Shown here: in pieces, positions 38,540-52,115 of the stretch
Layout of the letters: the number at the start of each line of letters is the position of its first letter
Position numbering within the stretch: position 1 is the stretch's first letter
Source of the DNA: Eledone cirrhosa
Taxonomy: Eukaryota
DNA length: 64,000 nt
Assembly: GCA_964016885.1 (NCBI GenBank)
Contig: OZ024742.1
Location: 262,198,001-262,262,000 of the forward strand
Direction: 5' to 3'
Notes under the pieces: model-generated
What the model saw: the letters and a program-made list of their open reading frames with translations, nothing else
The model's database searches: none
Told to the model about the DNA's origin: nothing
Position numbers and translations under genes: made by a program

Positions 38540-40000
38540 GGACAGAGTCATACATAGTAACTGGCGCAGCAGTACAATCACAAATTACTACAAAGGCAAA
38601 GGTGATGATCTAGAAAGAGCAACTACTGTGGAATAAAACTAATGGACCAAGTTATGAAAATCACAGACAGTGTTATAGCACAACTAATTAGGGAAAAAAT
38701 CAAATTAGATGAGATGCAATTTAATTTCATGCTTGGGAAAAGTACTACAGATGCCTTCTTAGTGAGGCAACTACAAGATAAGTTCCTAGCCAAAAGTAAA
38801 CCTCTATATTTAGCTTTAGTTGATCTAGAAAAGACCTTTCACAGAGTACCTTGATCTATTATCTGGTGGTCCTTAAGGAAACTAGGTATAGAAGACTGGC
38901 TTGTGAGATCAGACCAAGCCATGTACAGAGGAGCTGTCAGTAAAGTGAGAGTAGGAAGTTAGTTTAGTGAGGAATTCAAGGTACAGGTAGGAGTTCATCA
39001 TGGTTCAGTTCTTAGCCTACTGCTGTTCATCATTGTTCTCCAGGTCATAGCAGAAAAGTTTAAAACTGGCTATCCATAGGAACTTCTTTATGTGGATGAT
39101 CTGGGCCTTATAGCAGAATACATAAAAGAACTAGAAAATAAGTTCTGACTATGGAAACGGAATTTGGAATCAAAAGGTCTGAGAGTAAACTTAACCCAAA
39201 CTAAAGTGCTAGTAAATAGGAAAGAAGATAGCCTGATTCCTTCAGAGAAGTGGTTCTACTCAATATGTAGAAAAGGAGTAGGCATAAACTTCATACAGTG
39301 TACACAATGTAAATCTTAGTTACACAAGAGATGTAGTGGGATAATGGGTAGACTAACAGGAAAAGAAGACTTTGTATGTAGAAGATGCAAAGGAAGACTT
39401 TGTATGTAATCAAAGGGAAGAGCGGTAGTGATATAAAATTCTTCAAGTCACAGGAAGGGTCCTTAGAAGTGGCTTCTGCTATCTAGGTGACTTAATCAGT
39501 CATGGAGGAGGGTGCTCTGGGAGCATAATAGCTATAATAAGTTTCTCTTTGTTCGATTGTATGCTGCCTGTGTGTGATTCTGGATGGTAGTGAAACATGG
39601 GCAGTGACTGCATAGCCTGGAGAGAAATGAAGCAGCCTTGCGTCATTGGATGTGCAATGTAAATGTGAGAGGAAGACAGAGCTTGGATGAACTGAGGGAG
39701 AAGCTGGGTTTAAGAGGAATCTGAGGTGGTGTGCAGGAGAGAAAACTGCATTGGTACGGACATGTGATGCATATGAATAATGATCAATGAGTGAAGAAAT
39801 ACCAGGAAATGCCAGCGGATGGAAGCTGCAGTAGAGATAGACCAAGAAAGACCTTGGCAGAGGTGGCGACAGCTGACCTTAAATCACTAAGACCCACAAA
39901 GGAGATGACGAAGAAACACAGTGAGTTGAGAGATGCTATGCTGAAAAAGGACCCATGCAAGCATGAAAAAACAGATATAAAAACAATGATAATGATGATG
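38540..40000 (+). mobile_element. Decayed RTE LINE (RT to 3' end)
   Basis: MDQVMKIT...DLEKTFHRVP, GVHHGSVLS, LLYVDDL. Same family as 1078-4008, in opposite orientation. Confidence 0.88.
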
Positions 40001-40500
40001 ATATATAAACAAACAATTATAAAGTAAATAAAACTAATTTATTTTAGAGTGAGGAAGATGGAATGGAATACCATAAAATTTGTAATTGTTGGTCTGTCCT
40101 ATTAAATTTTTATTGTCCAAAGTGAGTTAGTAATATCTAGTGGAGAAAGTGGGTCAGTCTGGGTACTGTATTCACCACACACATGTGTTCATATGCAAAC
40201 AAATAGATAAATCACATATAATCAGTGCACATTCATATATTCACACACACACACACGTATATATATATATATATAGAGAGAGAGAGACTCACACAAACAG
40301 AGTACATATATATATATATATGTATACAACACATATATATGCATGTATACATACATGCACACGCACACACACATATATATATACACGTATACATATATAT
40401 GTGTGTGTATGTAAGTATATATAAATATATATTTATGCATACTGATACACATACCACACAGAGAAAGACATATTCAACACACACATACACACATATATAT

Positions 40501-41178
40501 CATCATCATCATCGTTTAACATCTATCTTCCACGCTAGCATGGGTTTGACGGGAATTGTCCCACTTGAGGCAAGACTGGTCGGGTGACCATGTCTCGCTC
40601 GTATGGGGCTGTCTGGCAGGTTTTCTACGGCTGGATGCCCTTCCTAACACTAACCATGTTTACAGTGTGGACTGGAAGGTTTTTACCATGTTACCTACAT
40701 GACCTCATTTATTTAGGACTGGATGTTGTGGTACCAACATAACTTTACAGTGAAAGGGGTGGTATTGATGGGGGTGGGGGGAGTTGGGGGTAGTGGGAGG
40801 GGGTGTATTTTTGGTTAAGAGGTGCCTACTGACTGTAGGTTTCACTTTGTACATAGGCAAGGCGGGTTTTCTGTATTACTGCGTAGCGCCAAAGATCTCG
40901 GTCCAGTGACATTGTCTTAGAGAGGTGTAAGCGTGTAAGGTCGGAATTTATCAAATCATCCCAGGTTTTTCTGGGTCTACCTACTCCATAACTTCCATCA
41001 ATTTTGATCGCCCTGTACTTTTTTATACAGCTGTCGTCTTTCATGCGCATCACATGACCATACCAACGTAGTCTTCTCTCGAGTAAACTGCACCTGATCC
41101 CTCTTATTCCTAATTTCTCACTTAGTTCATTTATGCTTTGCCGTTCGCGTATATTACTATTACACATCCAACGGAGCA
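40501..41178 (-). mobile_element. RTE LINE 3' fragment with 3' UTR
   Basis: MLRWMCNSNIRERQS...RRLRWYGHVMRMKDD. Highly similar to 1078-1800 and inserted between TA tracts. Confidence 0.9.
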
Positions 41179-41733
41179 TATATATATATATATATATTTG
41201 AAAATATTCAGAGAAATAATTTAATGTTTAAATGCTTATATAAATCTCCCTGATGCTCTCTCCACCCCCTTGCCTACTCTGGTATTTATTAGAATCCCTA
41301 ACAACTCTCTCTGTTGCATACATAATAATATTGTGCTGCAGTGCATATGTAGAATACAGAATTTTCCCAAACATTGTCAACTCCACAACTCACACAGAAT
41401 GTCTCAACAGAATTATTTCTCTCTTCAAGATTCAGCTGTCTGATTCTTAAACTCTTTGAGATGACTACTATAGTCTATTTTTCTATGCCTATATATATAT
41501 ATATATATTTATATTATAAAGAGTCATGGCCCAAACAGAGCTCACCCATCGGGCCCCAACTCTTTATAATATACCGATTATACTCTACTATCTCAATTAT
41601 TAAGTACTCTGTTGAGTAATGGTTTAACAAGTTTTATTTGGTTCTATCCTGATATATACTGCAATGGTGTAAATATCCAAGGGTTTAGAGCTCTCAATCC
41701 ATAGGACAAGTTAATTAGTTACAATAGTGACAT

Positions 41734-41788
41734 ATACAGATACTTAAGTTTTGTTGGGTTATTCACCCCAACTCATTCAGCCTTTTAT
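41734..41788 (-). ncRNA. Degenerate hammerhead motif downstream of a Penelope-like GIY-YIG remnant
   Basis: Minus strand: aagg-CTGAATGA-GTTGGG/CCCAAC-AAAA-CTTAAG-TA-tctg. The core has a 1-nt insertion and a G>A change. Confidence 0.5.
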
Positions 41789-41988
41789 AAAAATAAAGAT
41801 GGAGGTTTTAGAAAGTATAGGAGCGTTATAAGGGTAGGTAATCCCGAATTTAGCTATAAATTGACACATCCTTTAAAAAAAAGGGGGGGGGGTAGCTATA
41901 AAAAAAAAAAACAAAGGCAACTTGTGTTACACAAGGAGACCAAGAGTTAAGTTGAAAAGTCGAAGAAAATGAATTCAGTTAATCTGGT

Positions 41989-42330
41989 CTATACCATTTT
42001 CAGAATTAATTTTTCTTCATGAGGACAGTTACTAAAGCAATTAAGGTGGGTATTTAAGCAGTGTTTCCCTGAAGCCAGTTGCAAGAGTATATTCCACTTC
42101 TCCAAGTTACAGAGCTGGCTAAAATTCATCCCATTGGCATTGGGGGTGGATTTTTTCCAGTATCCTTCATTTAATGGAGAATGCTGTGCTGTTATTTTTG
42201 AGATTCCTCACATGGTTCACGAGATGAGTAGTATGTTTTTGTTGGGATGTCTGAAGGTTGTGGTTCAGATCTCAACGCAACTGTGACTAACGTTCCGTAG
42301 GCTTATATGTCTTCTTATTTACAGTGAAAT
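41989..42330 (-). mobile_element. Penelope-like element GIY-YIG endonuclease C-terminal remnant
   Basis: Frameshifted translation TTFRH..KHTTHLVNHVRNLK...FSIK*RILEK...QLCNLEKWNIL...CLNTHLNCFSNCPH* fits the PLE pattern FR..T.L..H...LK..IKW.IL..C.LC..EK..IL..LN...CPH. Confidence 0.65.
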
Positions 42331-42839
42331 CTTCTAATTCAATTTTCAAATTATTATTAGACTGAAAGGAGGGGCCAGAAGCTAGAATAGCTGCAGGAGG
42401 GTGGGATATGGCGTCAATCAGGCAGGTCACCAGGTTTATTGTAACAATGGAGAGTCTTTTCAAAATTAGTTAGGAACAACATAATTAAAGTGATAGGCTT
42501 AGCTTATCTCCACTCCGTGAGTAGATTTTCATGTTAGAGAGTCTGACAGAATCTTTGAAATGAAATGAAATGAGAAGTACTAAGCAATACGTGTGTTAAA
42601 AAGGTAGACAAATAGAGAATCTGAGTGAGAGAGAGAGGTAGGTATATGCCAAGGCAAAAAGAAATTTTGAGGAAGGTCACCAAGTTTATCATAACCTAGA
42701 ATGTTTTAATTTAGTTATGAACAACATAGTTGACTGTGAGAAAGTCAAATAAAAATGAAAGTGAAACGCTTAGCTTAGCTCCACATCGTGATTAGATTTT
42801 CATTCAAGAGAGTCCGACAGAATTTTTGAAATGAAATGA

Positions 42840-42853
42840 AATATATATATGTA

Positions 42854-42897
<44 letters not shown>

Positions 42898-42900
42898 AGA

Positions 42901-42933
<33 letters not shown>

Positions 42934-42955
42934 GCAAGAGTATATATATATATAT

Positions 42956-43010
<55 letters not shown>

Positions 43011-43016
43011 TATATA
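42840..43016. repeat. (TA)n compound microsatellite (others at 476-531, 44490-44855 and 50356-50404)
   Basis: Direct reading. Confidence 0.95.
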
Positions 43017-44532
43017 CTCTTGCATTTAACATGCTCTATTCTGACTTGACTTCTCCATCAGCCATGTTCTTTTTTGCTTGAATTTAATGAATTTTTAAAA
43101 CAAGAATGTTTCTAATTGTTCTGCATGTCATTAGGGATCTCCAGCTTCTAACATAACACAGATAACATCTCATTGATTATTTTTTTTAATAAATTTGATT
43201 GAATTGTGTGTGTTTTCACCAACCAATTAATATTGAATGATAATGACCTCTGCTTTAATAATGATTTCTTGCAATATTGTTTGTGATTGTATTTTACTAT
43301 AATGTTGTATCCTGTAATAGTAACGTCAAAAATATTATATCCTATAATAGTAATCTCTTTAATGTTATATCCTGTGATAGTAACCTCTATAATGTTATAT
43401 GATACAATGATAACTGTTATAAAGGTATATATTATGATGGTATATCTTATGATCATATCTATGATGAAAGATTGCTGTTGTGATATATCCCTTTAATGAT
43501 ACTTGAAATTATATTAACACTTTTAATACCAAACTACTTGAAATCACCCCTAGTTCTATGATACTAAGCTGTTTATTTTAAAGTGTTTAGAATCTTACAT
43601 CATAATTTTATCAAAGATCTTTTGTTAAGTTATGTTCCAACGACCAGCTTAATAATGAGAAAATTAGTTATATTACTAAATCCCTCCCATGTTTTGACTA
43701 TTTTCAATATTAGTTGAAAATCATAAGCAGTGTCTTTTATTACAAATATGGTGATGAAATGGTTGAAATATTCATATTCATCTAAAAGCCTTTTATCAAT
43801 TTTTTTGTGAGATACTTATTATGTTATGTCCCAAACACCACTTTAATAATGAGAAAGTTAGTTATATTATTAAATCACTCAGAATTATTTGAAAATCATA
43901 GGCAGAATTTTTCATTAGAAATATAATAATGAAAGGATCAATGTGTTTATATTTCATTAAAAACCTTTCATCATAATTTTGTGTAAGAAAGTTTGTTATG
44001 TTCTAAACATCATTTTAATAATGGGAAAGTTAGTTATATTATTAAATCACTCCAAATTTTTTATTACTTTCAAAATTAGGTGAAAATATTAAGCAGTGTC
44101 TTTTGTTAGAAATATGGTCACAAAATGATAACTACTGTAATGAAATATTAATTGTTATAATAATATCCAATGCATTGTAATATTATCTATTGCAATGGTA
44201 TACAATAGAATAATATCATTATAATACAATGAGAATATCAACCATAAGTAGATATAGACAATTCTTTTTCTCAAAAAACTTTTATCAAATAATAGTTGGC
44301 AAAAATATTTTAACCAATTTCTGTGGAAATCTCTTTTAACTAATTATTAGTACCTTTTGGTAAAATGTTTGCCTGTGCCATCTAATTAACATGGTGTAAT
44401 CAAAGACACCTCTCTTAGTATAGCAAACTCTGATTTACCATGGTTACATCTATGATTTTATTGTGAACATATATGTACATATGTATTTAATGTACTTAAG
44501 TATGTATATATATATACACACACACATATACA

Positions 44533-44576
<44 letters not shown>

Positions 44577-44682
44577 TATATACACACATATTTATATACA
44601 CATATATATATATATACACACACATATATACATATACATTATACATATATATATATATACATACATATATATATATATATAT

Positions 44683-44722
<40 letters not shown>

Positions 44723-46072
44723 ACACATATATATATACGCACACACATATATATATACACACACATATATATATACACGTATATATAGACACACATATAT
44801 ATACACGTATATATATACACACACACATATACATTATACATATATATATATATATAAAAAACACACAGTCCACGCTGTAATGTGGCCATGTAGGTAACAC
44901 GGTAAAAACCTCCCAGTCCACACTGTAAACGTGGTTGGTGTTAAGAAGGGCATCCAGCCATAGAAAACCAGCCAGACAGTCCTATACGAGCGAGACAACC
45001 AATCTTGCCTCAAGTGGGAAAAATTACTATCCAAACCCATGCTAACGTGGAAGATGGACCTTAAACGATGATGATGATATACACACATATTTATATATAC
45101 ATATATATAAATATATATACACACATATATCTATATACATAATATATATATACATACACACATACATACACACACATATATATAAACACATATACAATGT
45201 ACCATACACACACGTACAATTACTTCGATATAGTTCAGTGGCAGAAATTAGCTGGCAAAAAACATATTAGAAATAAGATTATAAATAAAATAAAGATAAA
45301 AATAAAAATGAATGGGTATGCGACGTAAATAAAATACAGGAGTTGACAAAAACAATAAAATAATAAATTATATATATATATATATATGGGAAATTATAAA
45401 ATTCAAAAATAGAACATTAAAATTAAAACATTTAATTTTAATTTTTAATTTTTTTTATTTTATTTTATAATTTCCCATTCTCAGATTCCTGTAGAATTGT
45501 TTTTTCGCCTGCTCTCAAGCTAACCTAATTCATTCATACTCCTTAGAATTTGCTGTATTGAATTTACTTTCAAGGCTTGACCGGCTCCACCCACTCCCTC
45601 ATTGTTCTACAGGCAAGTTCAGCCACCCCCACCCTCTTCCCACCGCCATGAAAGACTTAACTGTGTTTACAAGAAATTTTGACCAATGCTTTTGACAACT
45701 ACAAACTTCAGAAATGTATGATTATCGCATGACCATATATAGAAATACCCCTTGAAAAGTTTGGCTATTTATTACCATGCTAAAAATCTAATTTAGTCCA
45801 GAAATAGTCGTCAAAACGGCTTGAGCTCTGCCGTCGGGGTCCTGAACATTTTCCTATTACCCAATATATATATAACATACACACACATATATATATATAC
45901 ATATATCTGTATACAGCTATACATGAAGCTAAATCCTAATTCTATTCTATTATAAGTTGAGACAACTTATGCTGCTTCCTATGCAAATGAGATTAATCAC
46001 CTCATTTACACAGGCAAGAAAACCATATATTCTTGCCTGTTTTCAAGTCCACCAGTCGCAAAAGTGGGAGGT

Positions 46073-46116
46073 ATCGTCCTGATGAGAACCAGTTAAGTTC
46101 AAAATGCATTGACGAT
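46073..46116 (+). ncRNA. Minimal type-I hammerhead motif, one core substitution
   Basis: ATCGTC-CTGATGA-GAAC/GTTC-AAAA(for GAAA)-TGCA-TT-GACGAT. Perfect 6-bp stem I and palindromic stem III. Confidence 0.7.
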
Positions 46117-46481
46117 TGTTCCTGTTGCTTCTGCTGGACACCACCAGAGGGCGTTAGCGCTGATGTTTTGCATAGCTACGGCTTTCTAAATGTTTACCTA
46201 TAAACATACCGTATTTCTTTAGAAATACAAAATTCCAGTACATATATATATATATATAGTAATAATAATAAATTTGAAGACTAAAATCCAAAGAGGGCTC
46301 GAGGGCTCGATAAGGATAAATATATATCAAATATATAAGAAAAAACATACATATATATATATACATATAAAACATACATATATATATATATACATACAAG
46401 GAGTGTAATGTGAAGTTACTGTAGGTTCACCCAGGTGAGCACTTGATGTCAGTGGCGAGGTGTAGAGCTAGACAGAGTGTA

Positions 46482-46723
46482 ATATAATAATACAAGGACA
46501 ATTTGTTAAGCCTTCATTACATTTATTGATTGCTGATGTGTGTTTCACTATTGATGAGCTCAAGGTTCGATCTCTCATTACTACAGCAGAGGTCCGACAA
46601 GCTTTTGATTCAAGAATCGGGTCTGATCAATACAGATCAAACCTTGAGCTGATCAATAGCGAAACACACCTCACCAATCAATAAATGTAATGAAAACTTA
46701 ACAAATCGTCCTTGTATTATTAT
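46482..46723. mobile_element. Foldback MITE with ~90-bp inverted arms
   Basis: ataataatacaaggac...aaggttcgatct / agatcaaacctt...gtccttgtattattat. Confidence 0.8.
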
Positions 46724-46806
46724 ATATATGTATAAAACATACATATTCATATATATATATATATATACATATATATTCCACATTGTTAAATGTGTATCAA
46801 TTCTAG

Positions 46807-46953
46807 GCTGACTACTCTATGGAAAGTCATGCACGTGACCTGGAGAATTATGTCAATGTAGCTCGCAACAGAAGGCGGAGAGCAAAGGCCTTGTTAGATT
46901 TTGAACGACATGATGATGATGAACTAGGCTTTCGGAAGAATGATATCATAACA
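46807..46953 (+). CDS. SGSM3: SGSM3 exon, start of SH3 domain
   Basis: ttctag|GCTGAC...ATAACA|gtgagt, 147 nt. ADYSMESH...[27 protein letters not shown] (SH3 ALxDF..EL.F..ND). Confidence 0.95.
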
Positions 46954-48863
46954 GTGAGTATATTTATATTACTATTGACTTAGAACCCTTGGTTGATAGG
47001 GATCAGTTGTCATGTTTATTTGCAATTCCAGTTAATCATTGTACAGACTTGTACTGTCAATATTGATAACAATAGCATTGAGCATATTTAATTTTGGGAA
47101 TTCAGAATTGGTATGCCATATATACAAGGATGACCTGATATATGAACAATCATAAATTGACAAATTTGCATTACTTTATGTTGATTACTGACACATGGAA
47201 GTGATTAACCAAATGTAGTGTTAGAACCTAGGACTTTATAGGAAAACAAGCTTCTTTTTGTAGCAACATGACTGAAATAGGAAATGCATTGTGTATATGT
47301 ATAAGCAGATATGTAAATATACAAACATAACTGGTGTATTGTTATGGTTGATGATAGTGCAACAAGGGCAGTGGAGTTGATATTTGCTCTAGTATGGAAA
47401 TGTAATGTATGATATATGGGGAAATGTAATGTATGATATATGTTAAGTGAGAAATGACTGATAGTAGAGACTAGACAGAATAGAGGTAATGTGTCACCGA
47501 AAAATCTAAAATGAAGTAACTTAGGTCAAAGGTCAGACTTTAAGTTAATAGACCATACCAATGGCAGAAAAAGACAAGGTAGGAAAAAGACTAGAAATGC
47601 TGTTTTATGCAGAACAGTCCAACCTCTGCCATGGAATAACTGGTTATATACCAATATTGAGGATGGCATTTCTAGATGTTTATTTATTTGGATGATAGTG
47701 AAGGTGATGATGGTGAGTATGATGATGTCCTCATCATTTTTGATCCAACTAATTTGTTAAAGTTTTCCTGTGACTATTTACCTGTATTCCAATTTTATTC
47801 AAACATCTTGTACATAACACAATTTATGAAATGAATATGATTTAACAGAAAGTATTTTAGGGCTATGTTCCATGTTAAAGCAGAGGTTAGCCTTGTGGGC
47901 CACATAAGAAGCTTCGCCATTTTGCCCTGTTGTTTGTATTCCCCCATGTCTCATTTACTCTTCCACCATCCTTAGCCTGTCAAGTTGTCCTCTTTCTCAA
48001 TACTCCCTCAACATATTCCTCAGATATTTCCTCTGCTTGTCTGTGAACTGGATTGCTATGTTTCCATCCCATTCATTCTCTATGCTCAACAACTTCCTAT
48101 ATTTCTTCCACCTTTCCTTAATTCATCTAAGTCTACAACAATTTCACCCTTTAAGCAGTTCACCTTTATTACATCACATCTCTCTATCTTTCTCAATAAC
48201 TATCATGCAATTCTAAGCACCTCTCTCTGGCTATACTCTGAATCCATACATTTCCTGAATACTTTTTTAAAGAAACAAATCAAATAGAAATTAATCAGAA
48301 AAAATCAACAAAAAAAAAAGAGAGAAGACGTATATACAAGATGATGTCTTAACACTATATCCATCTAATTGGACTTTGACTGACAGTTTCCTTTTTGCAC
48401 CAATTGCCACTGAGACCTCTAGTGTCCTCAGTCCCCAAATGGCCTTTTTCCTCCATCAAATCAGGTGGAGGGAATCACACTTGAAAGAATCTCCATTAGA
48501 GGGAATGACTAAAACAGTGGATATCACTGGCTAGTCTTCATGGCAATGTTTTTGCCATCTTGTCCCTAAGGCACATATACTGACTATTGAAGTCTATCCC
48601 CATTTCTCCTCCCTTCTTTTTTATTTTTGTCTCCACTCCACCTTTTTTTTCCTTTTTCTCTCTTTCTGTGTGTAGATATATACAATTGAATATGACATTT
48701 TGAATCAATAAAACTTTTGTATAACTCTACAAAAACATTATTCAACTAACTATATTGCAAATAAATTGATTGTACCCTTCCCTGAATTAATTCTTTGTTC
48801 TGTGAACAAAATCAATAATTTCATGATTCAAGTTAATAGCTTGTTTGTATATGTTTATCTTAG

Positions 48864-49027
48864 ATAATATCTCAAAAAGATGAACATTGCTGGGTTGGTG
48901 AACTGAATGGTTTACGTGGTTGGTTCCCAGCTAAATTTGTAGAATTGTTAGATGAACGGAGCAAGAACTATTCATCCGCTGGAGATGACAGTGTGACAGA
49001 AGCTATCACAGACATTGTGCGTGGCAC
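48864..49027 (+). CDS. SGSM3: SGSM3 exon, end of SH3 and start of RUN
   Basis: cttag|ATAATA...GGCAC|gtaagt, 164 nt. [34 protein letters not shown]... Confidence 0.96.
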
Positions 49028-50019
49028 GTAAGTAATGATACACACTTTACTACATCATTTTTCTTTCCCAACTTCACCTGAATTTATCATATTATATTGT
49101 ATCATATCATAAGCCCTCAACCCTTGATGGAATTGTGCACCAATCTTCGCCATCTATTGTAGTTGCATGCCAGATCTCATGTCTCCATTTATGATTTGCC
49201 TGTCCACTCTTTGAAATTGTCTGTTCATCTTTATCTTTGACTACTCACTTTCTCTTCCTCTACAGTTCCTTGTAAGATGGTCTTTGCAAGGTTACTGGAT
49301 CATGTTACATGTTCATACCATCTCAGTTTTCTTTTCTTTACTATTTATTGTATGAAGTTCTTCATGTGATACTGGATTATTTTGCAGATCTATTCATTTG
49401 TCATATGGTCTATGTATGAGATGCTTAAAATGTTGCGGTAGCATCTCATTTTCAGTTTATCCTAAATGATCACTAGATCAATAGTTGTCTGGGTTGGCAA
49501 CAGCCACTACATCACTACACTGGCATCGGTGCCATGATACAATGAACCCACTATACCCTGTGAGATGGTAATGTCTGTGCCACAATAAAATGCCCCCAGT
49601 ACACTCTAAAGTGGTAACATTGATGCCATGATACAATGTACCCAGTACACTATAAAATGGTAGTGCTGGTGTCACTATAAAATGTTCCCAGTACACTCTG
49701 TCTAATGCTAGTGTTTCTGCTATGATAAAATGCACACACCACGCTGTGTAAAGTGGTAGTATTGGTACCATGCTCAAATGCACTCAGTACACTCTGTAAA
49801 ATGGTAGTGCTGATGCCATGATAACATGTACCCAGACTATTCTATAAAGTGGTAATGCTGGTGCCAAGATAAAGTGTAATCAGTACACTGTGTAGACTGA
49901 TACTTCTTGTAAGTGAGATGTGGCGCCCCCAGCTCCAATTGAGTGTTGACTGTGTCTGCAACAACACTTCTAACCTCTGCCAGCATGGAAAAGTGGACAT
50001 CAAATGTTGATGATATATA

Positions 50020-50353
50020 TCATCATCATCATTTTTACGTCCTCTTTTCCCTGCTTGCAAGGGTGGGACGGGAACTGATTCTGGCTTGATTTTTACAGCT
50101 GGATGCCCTTCCTAACACCAACCTCATTTACAGTGAGGGCTGGGTGTTTTTTTGCCGTGGCACCTACACGACCACTTTACAGTGGAATGATAGGGACCCC
50201 AGTCCCTATCATCTCATTTCTACAGCTGAGTAAACTGGAGCAATGTGAAATATAGTGTCTTGCTCAAGGAAACAACACATCACCCGCTCTGAGAATTGAA
50301 CTCACAACCTTTCAATTGCAAGCCCAATGCTCTAACCACTAAGCCATGTGCCT

Positions 50354-50355
<2 letters not shown>
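50020..50355 (-). mobile_element. tRNA/CORE SINE (same family as 4675-5012)
   Basis: Reverse-complement match to 4675-5012. Confidence 0.88.
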
Positions 50356-50403
<48 letters not shown>

Positions 50404-50452
<49 letters not shown>

Positions 50453-50551
50453 CCACCACCACCACCACCACCACCACCACCACCACCACCACCACCACCA
50501 CCACCACCACCACCACCACCACCACCACCACTATCATCATCATCATCATCA
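50404..50551. repeat. (CAT)n(CAC)n compound trinucleotide tract, the expanded tail of an RTE
   Basis: Direct reading. Adjoins the RTE 3' end at about 50552. Confidence 0.93.
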
Positions 50552-50915
50552 TTTTACGTCCGCTTTTCCCTACTTGCAAGGGTGGGATGGGTCCTATTCA
50601 GCACAGCATCTCTCCACTTGTCACGGTCCTTCGTCATCTCCACCGTGAGCTTCAGCGACCTGAAGTCTACTCTCACCACCTCCGCCTATATTTTTCGTGG
50701 TCTTCCACTACTATGTCTTCCTTCAAATGGCATTTCTTGGCACTTCTTCATCCATCGGTCATCCTCCATGTGCATCACATGTCCATACCATCACAGTCTC
50801 CTTTCCCGCACACAACAATTTATCCCTCTCAGACACGGTTTCTCTCTTAACACATCCATGCTCGGCCGTTCACGCACATTGACATTGCACATCCAACGGA
50901 GCATGCTTGCCTCAC
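50552..50915 (-). mobile_element. RTE LINE 3' fragment (same subfamily as 4082-4662)
   Basis: EASMLRWMCNVNVRERPSMD...RERRL, with the same tail sequence. Confidence 0.87.
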
Positions 50916-52115
50916 CATCATCATTTTTATGTCTGCTTTCCATGCTGGCATTGGTTAAATAGGTTGTCAGAGTGACCTCATCATGCTCATACATTCCATA
51001 TTTAACATTTAGGTCATCCAGTCATAGAAAACTTACCAAACGCCTTCCTAGAGCTGGTATCACAATAAAATGCAGTCAATAGTGAGATACAGGGCTACAG
51101 CCCATCTGAGAGGTTAGCAGCCCTGCTTGAATGCTGTCTCAGTTTGTGAAGGCCCATCCAGTCTTTGCTAGCATGGAAAACAAATGCTAAATAATGAAGA
51201 GGATGATATATATACGAGAAGATAAATTAAATTTCGTTTGTGTAGATCAATTATATTTGAGGTGAATGTGCAAACAAAATAAATATGGAGGACTGTTTAC
51301 CAATTATTTTTTCTCGCCGTGTTCCTTGGGGTGCATACCATAGATATCCAGTTAAAAAGGTTATAGTACAATTTCCAAGGAGAAAGTTACGGAGTATTTA
51401 TAAGTATAAAAAAGGGTACCGAGGAAAAACAGGAAAAACTAGAAGTGGTCAGAAGGAGAAATTTATTTAAAGTTCAATCTTTAATATACGTTTTTGGTCA
51501 ATAACATAACCGTCTACATGTGCTGACTGCATTATACAATGTTCATTCATATACATTACGTGTCTATGATTGCACGTCATCAGAAAGAAGTTAACAGGGA
51601 GGAAGAAAAAAAATTTGTTATACTCTGAGGTGTGGTTACCACATTTCTGCAATAAGCATTATTTACTGCTGACAAAACTAAAGTACAAAACATTGGTATA
51701 TAGAGAAATTCATGATCAAAATAAAATATACATAGCAGAAATAGTAAACAAAAATAGTAAGCAAAAAATAATTGATAAAGGTAATAAATAAAGAAAAGAA
51801 TAAATACATGAATTACAATAAATATACCAAGTATAGAGCCAATGTTTATAAGTGGGCGGTGGGGATTACAATCCAAATGACCAAGGAGAAGAATATTAGA
51901 GTTGTAAGTAGAGGGAGTTTAGAAAGAAGAGGGATTAAGGCAGGTCAGAAAACCTACTGAATTCATATGTTGTGGATAGGGGAAGAGGGGGAGGAAAAAG
52001 AAGAGAAAAGAAAGAAGAGAAAATAGAAAAAGAAATGAGGCACACTCATACACAAAGACACACATACACACACGAACACAAACCTTTCAAATGAATCTTG
52101 ATTTTGTTATTGCAG

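Noticed and set aside
40140-45124. ORFs rich in Y/I/T/H/C/V
   Set aside because: Translations of (TA)n/(CA)n microsatellites and a degenerate 30-bp repeat.
50280-50962. Poly-His/Thr/Pro/Ser/Val ORFs
   Set aside because: Translations of the (CAT)n(CAC)n tract and antisense LINE sequence.
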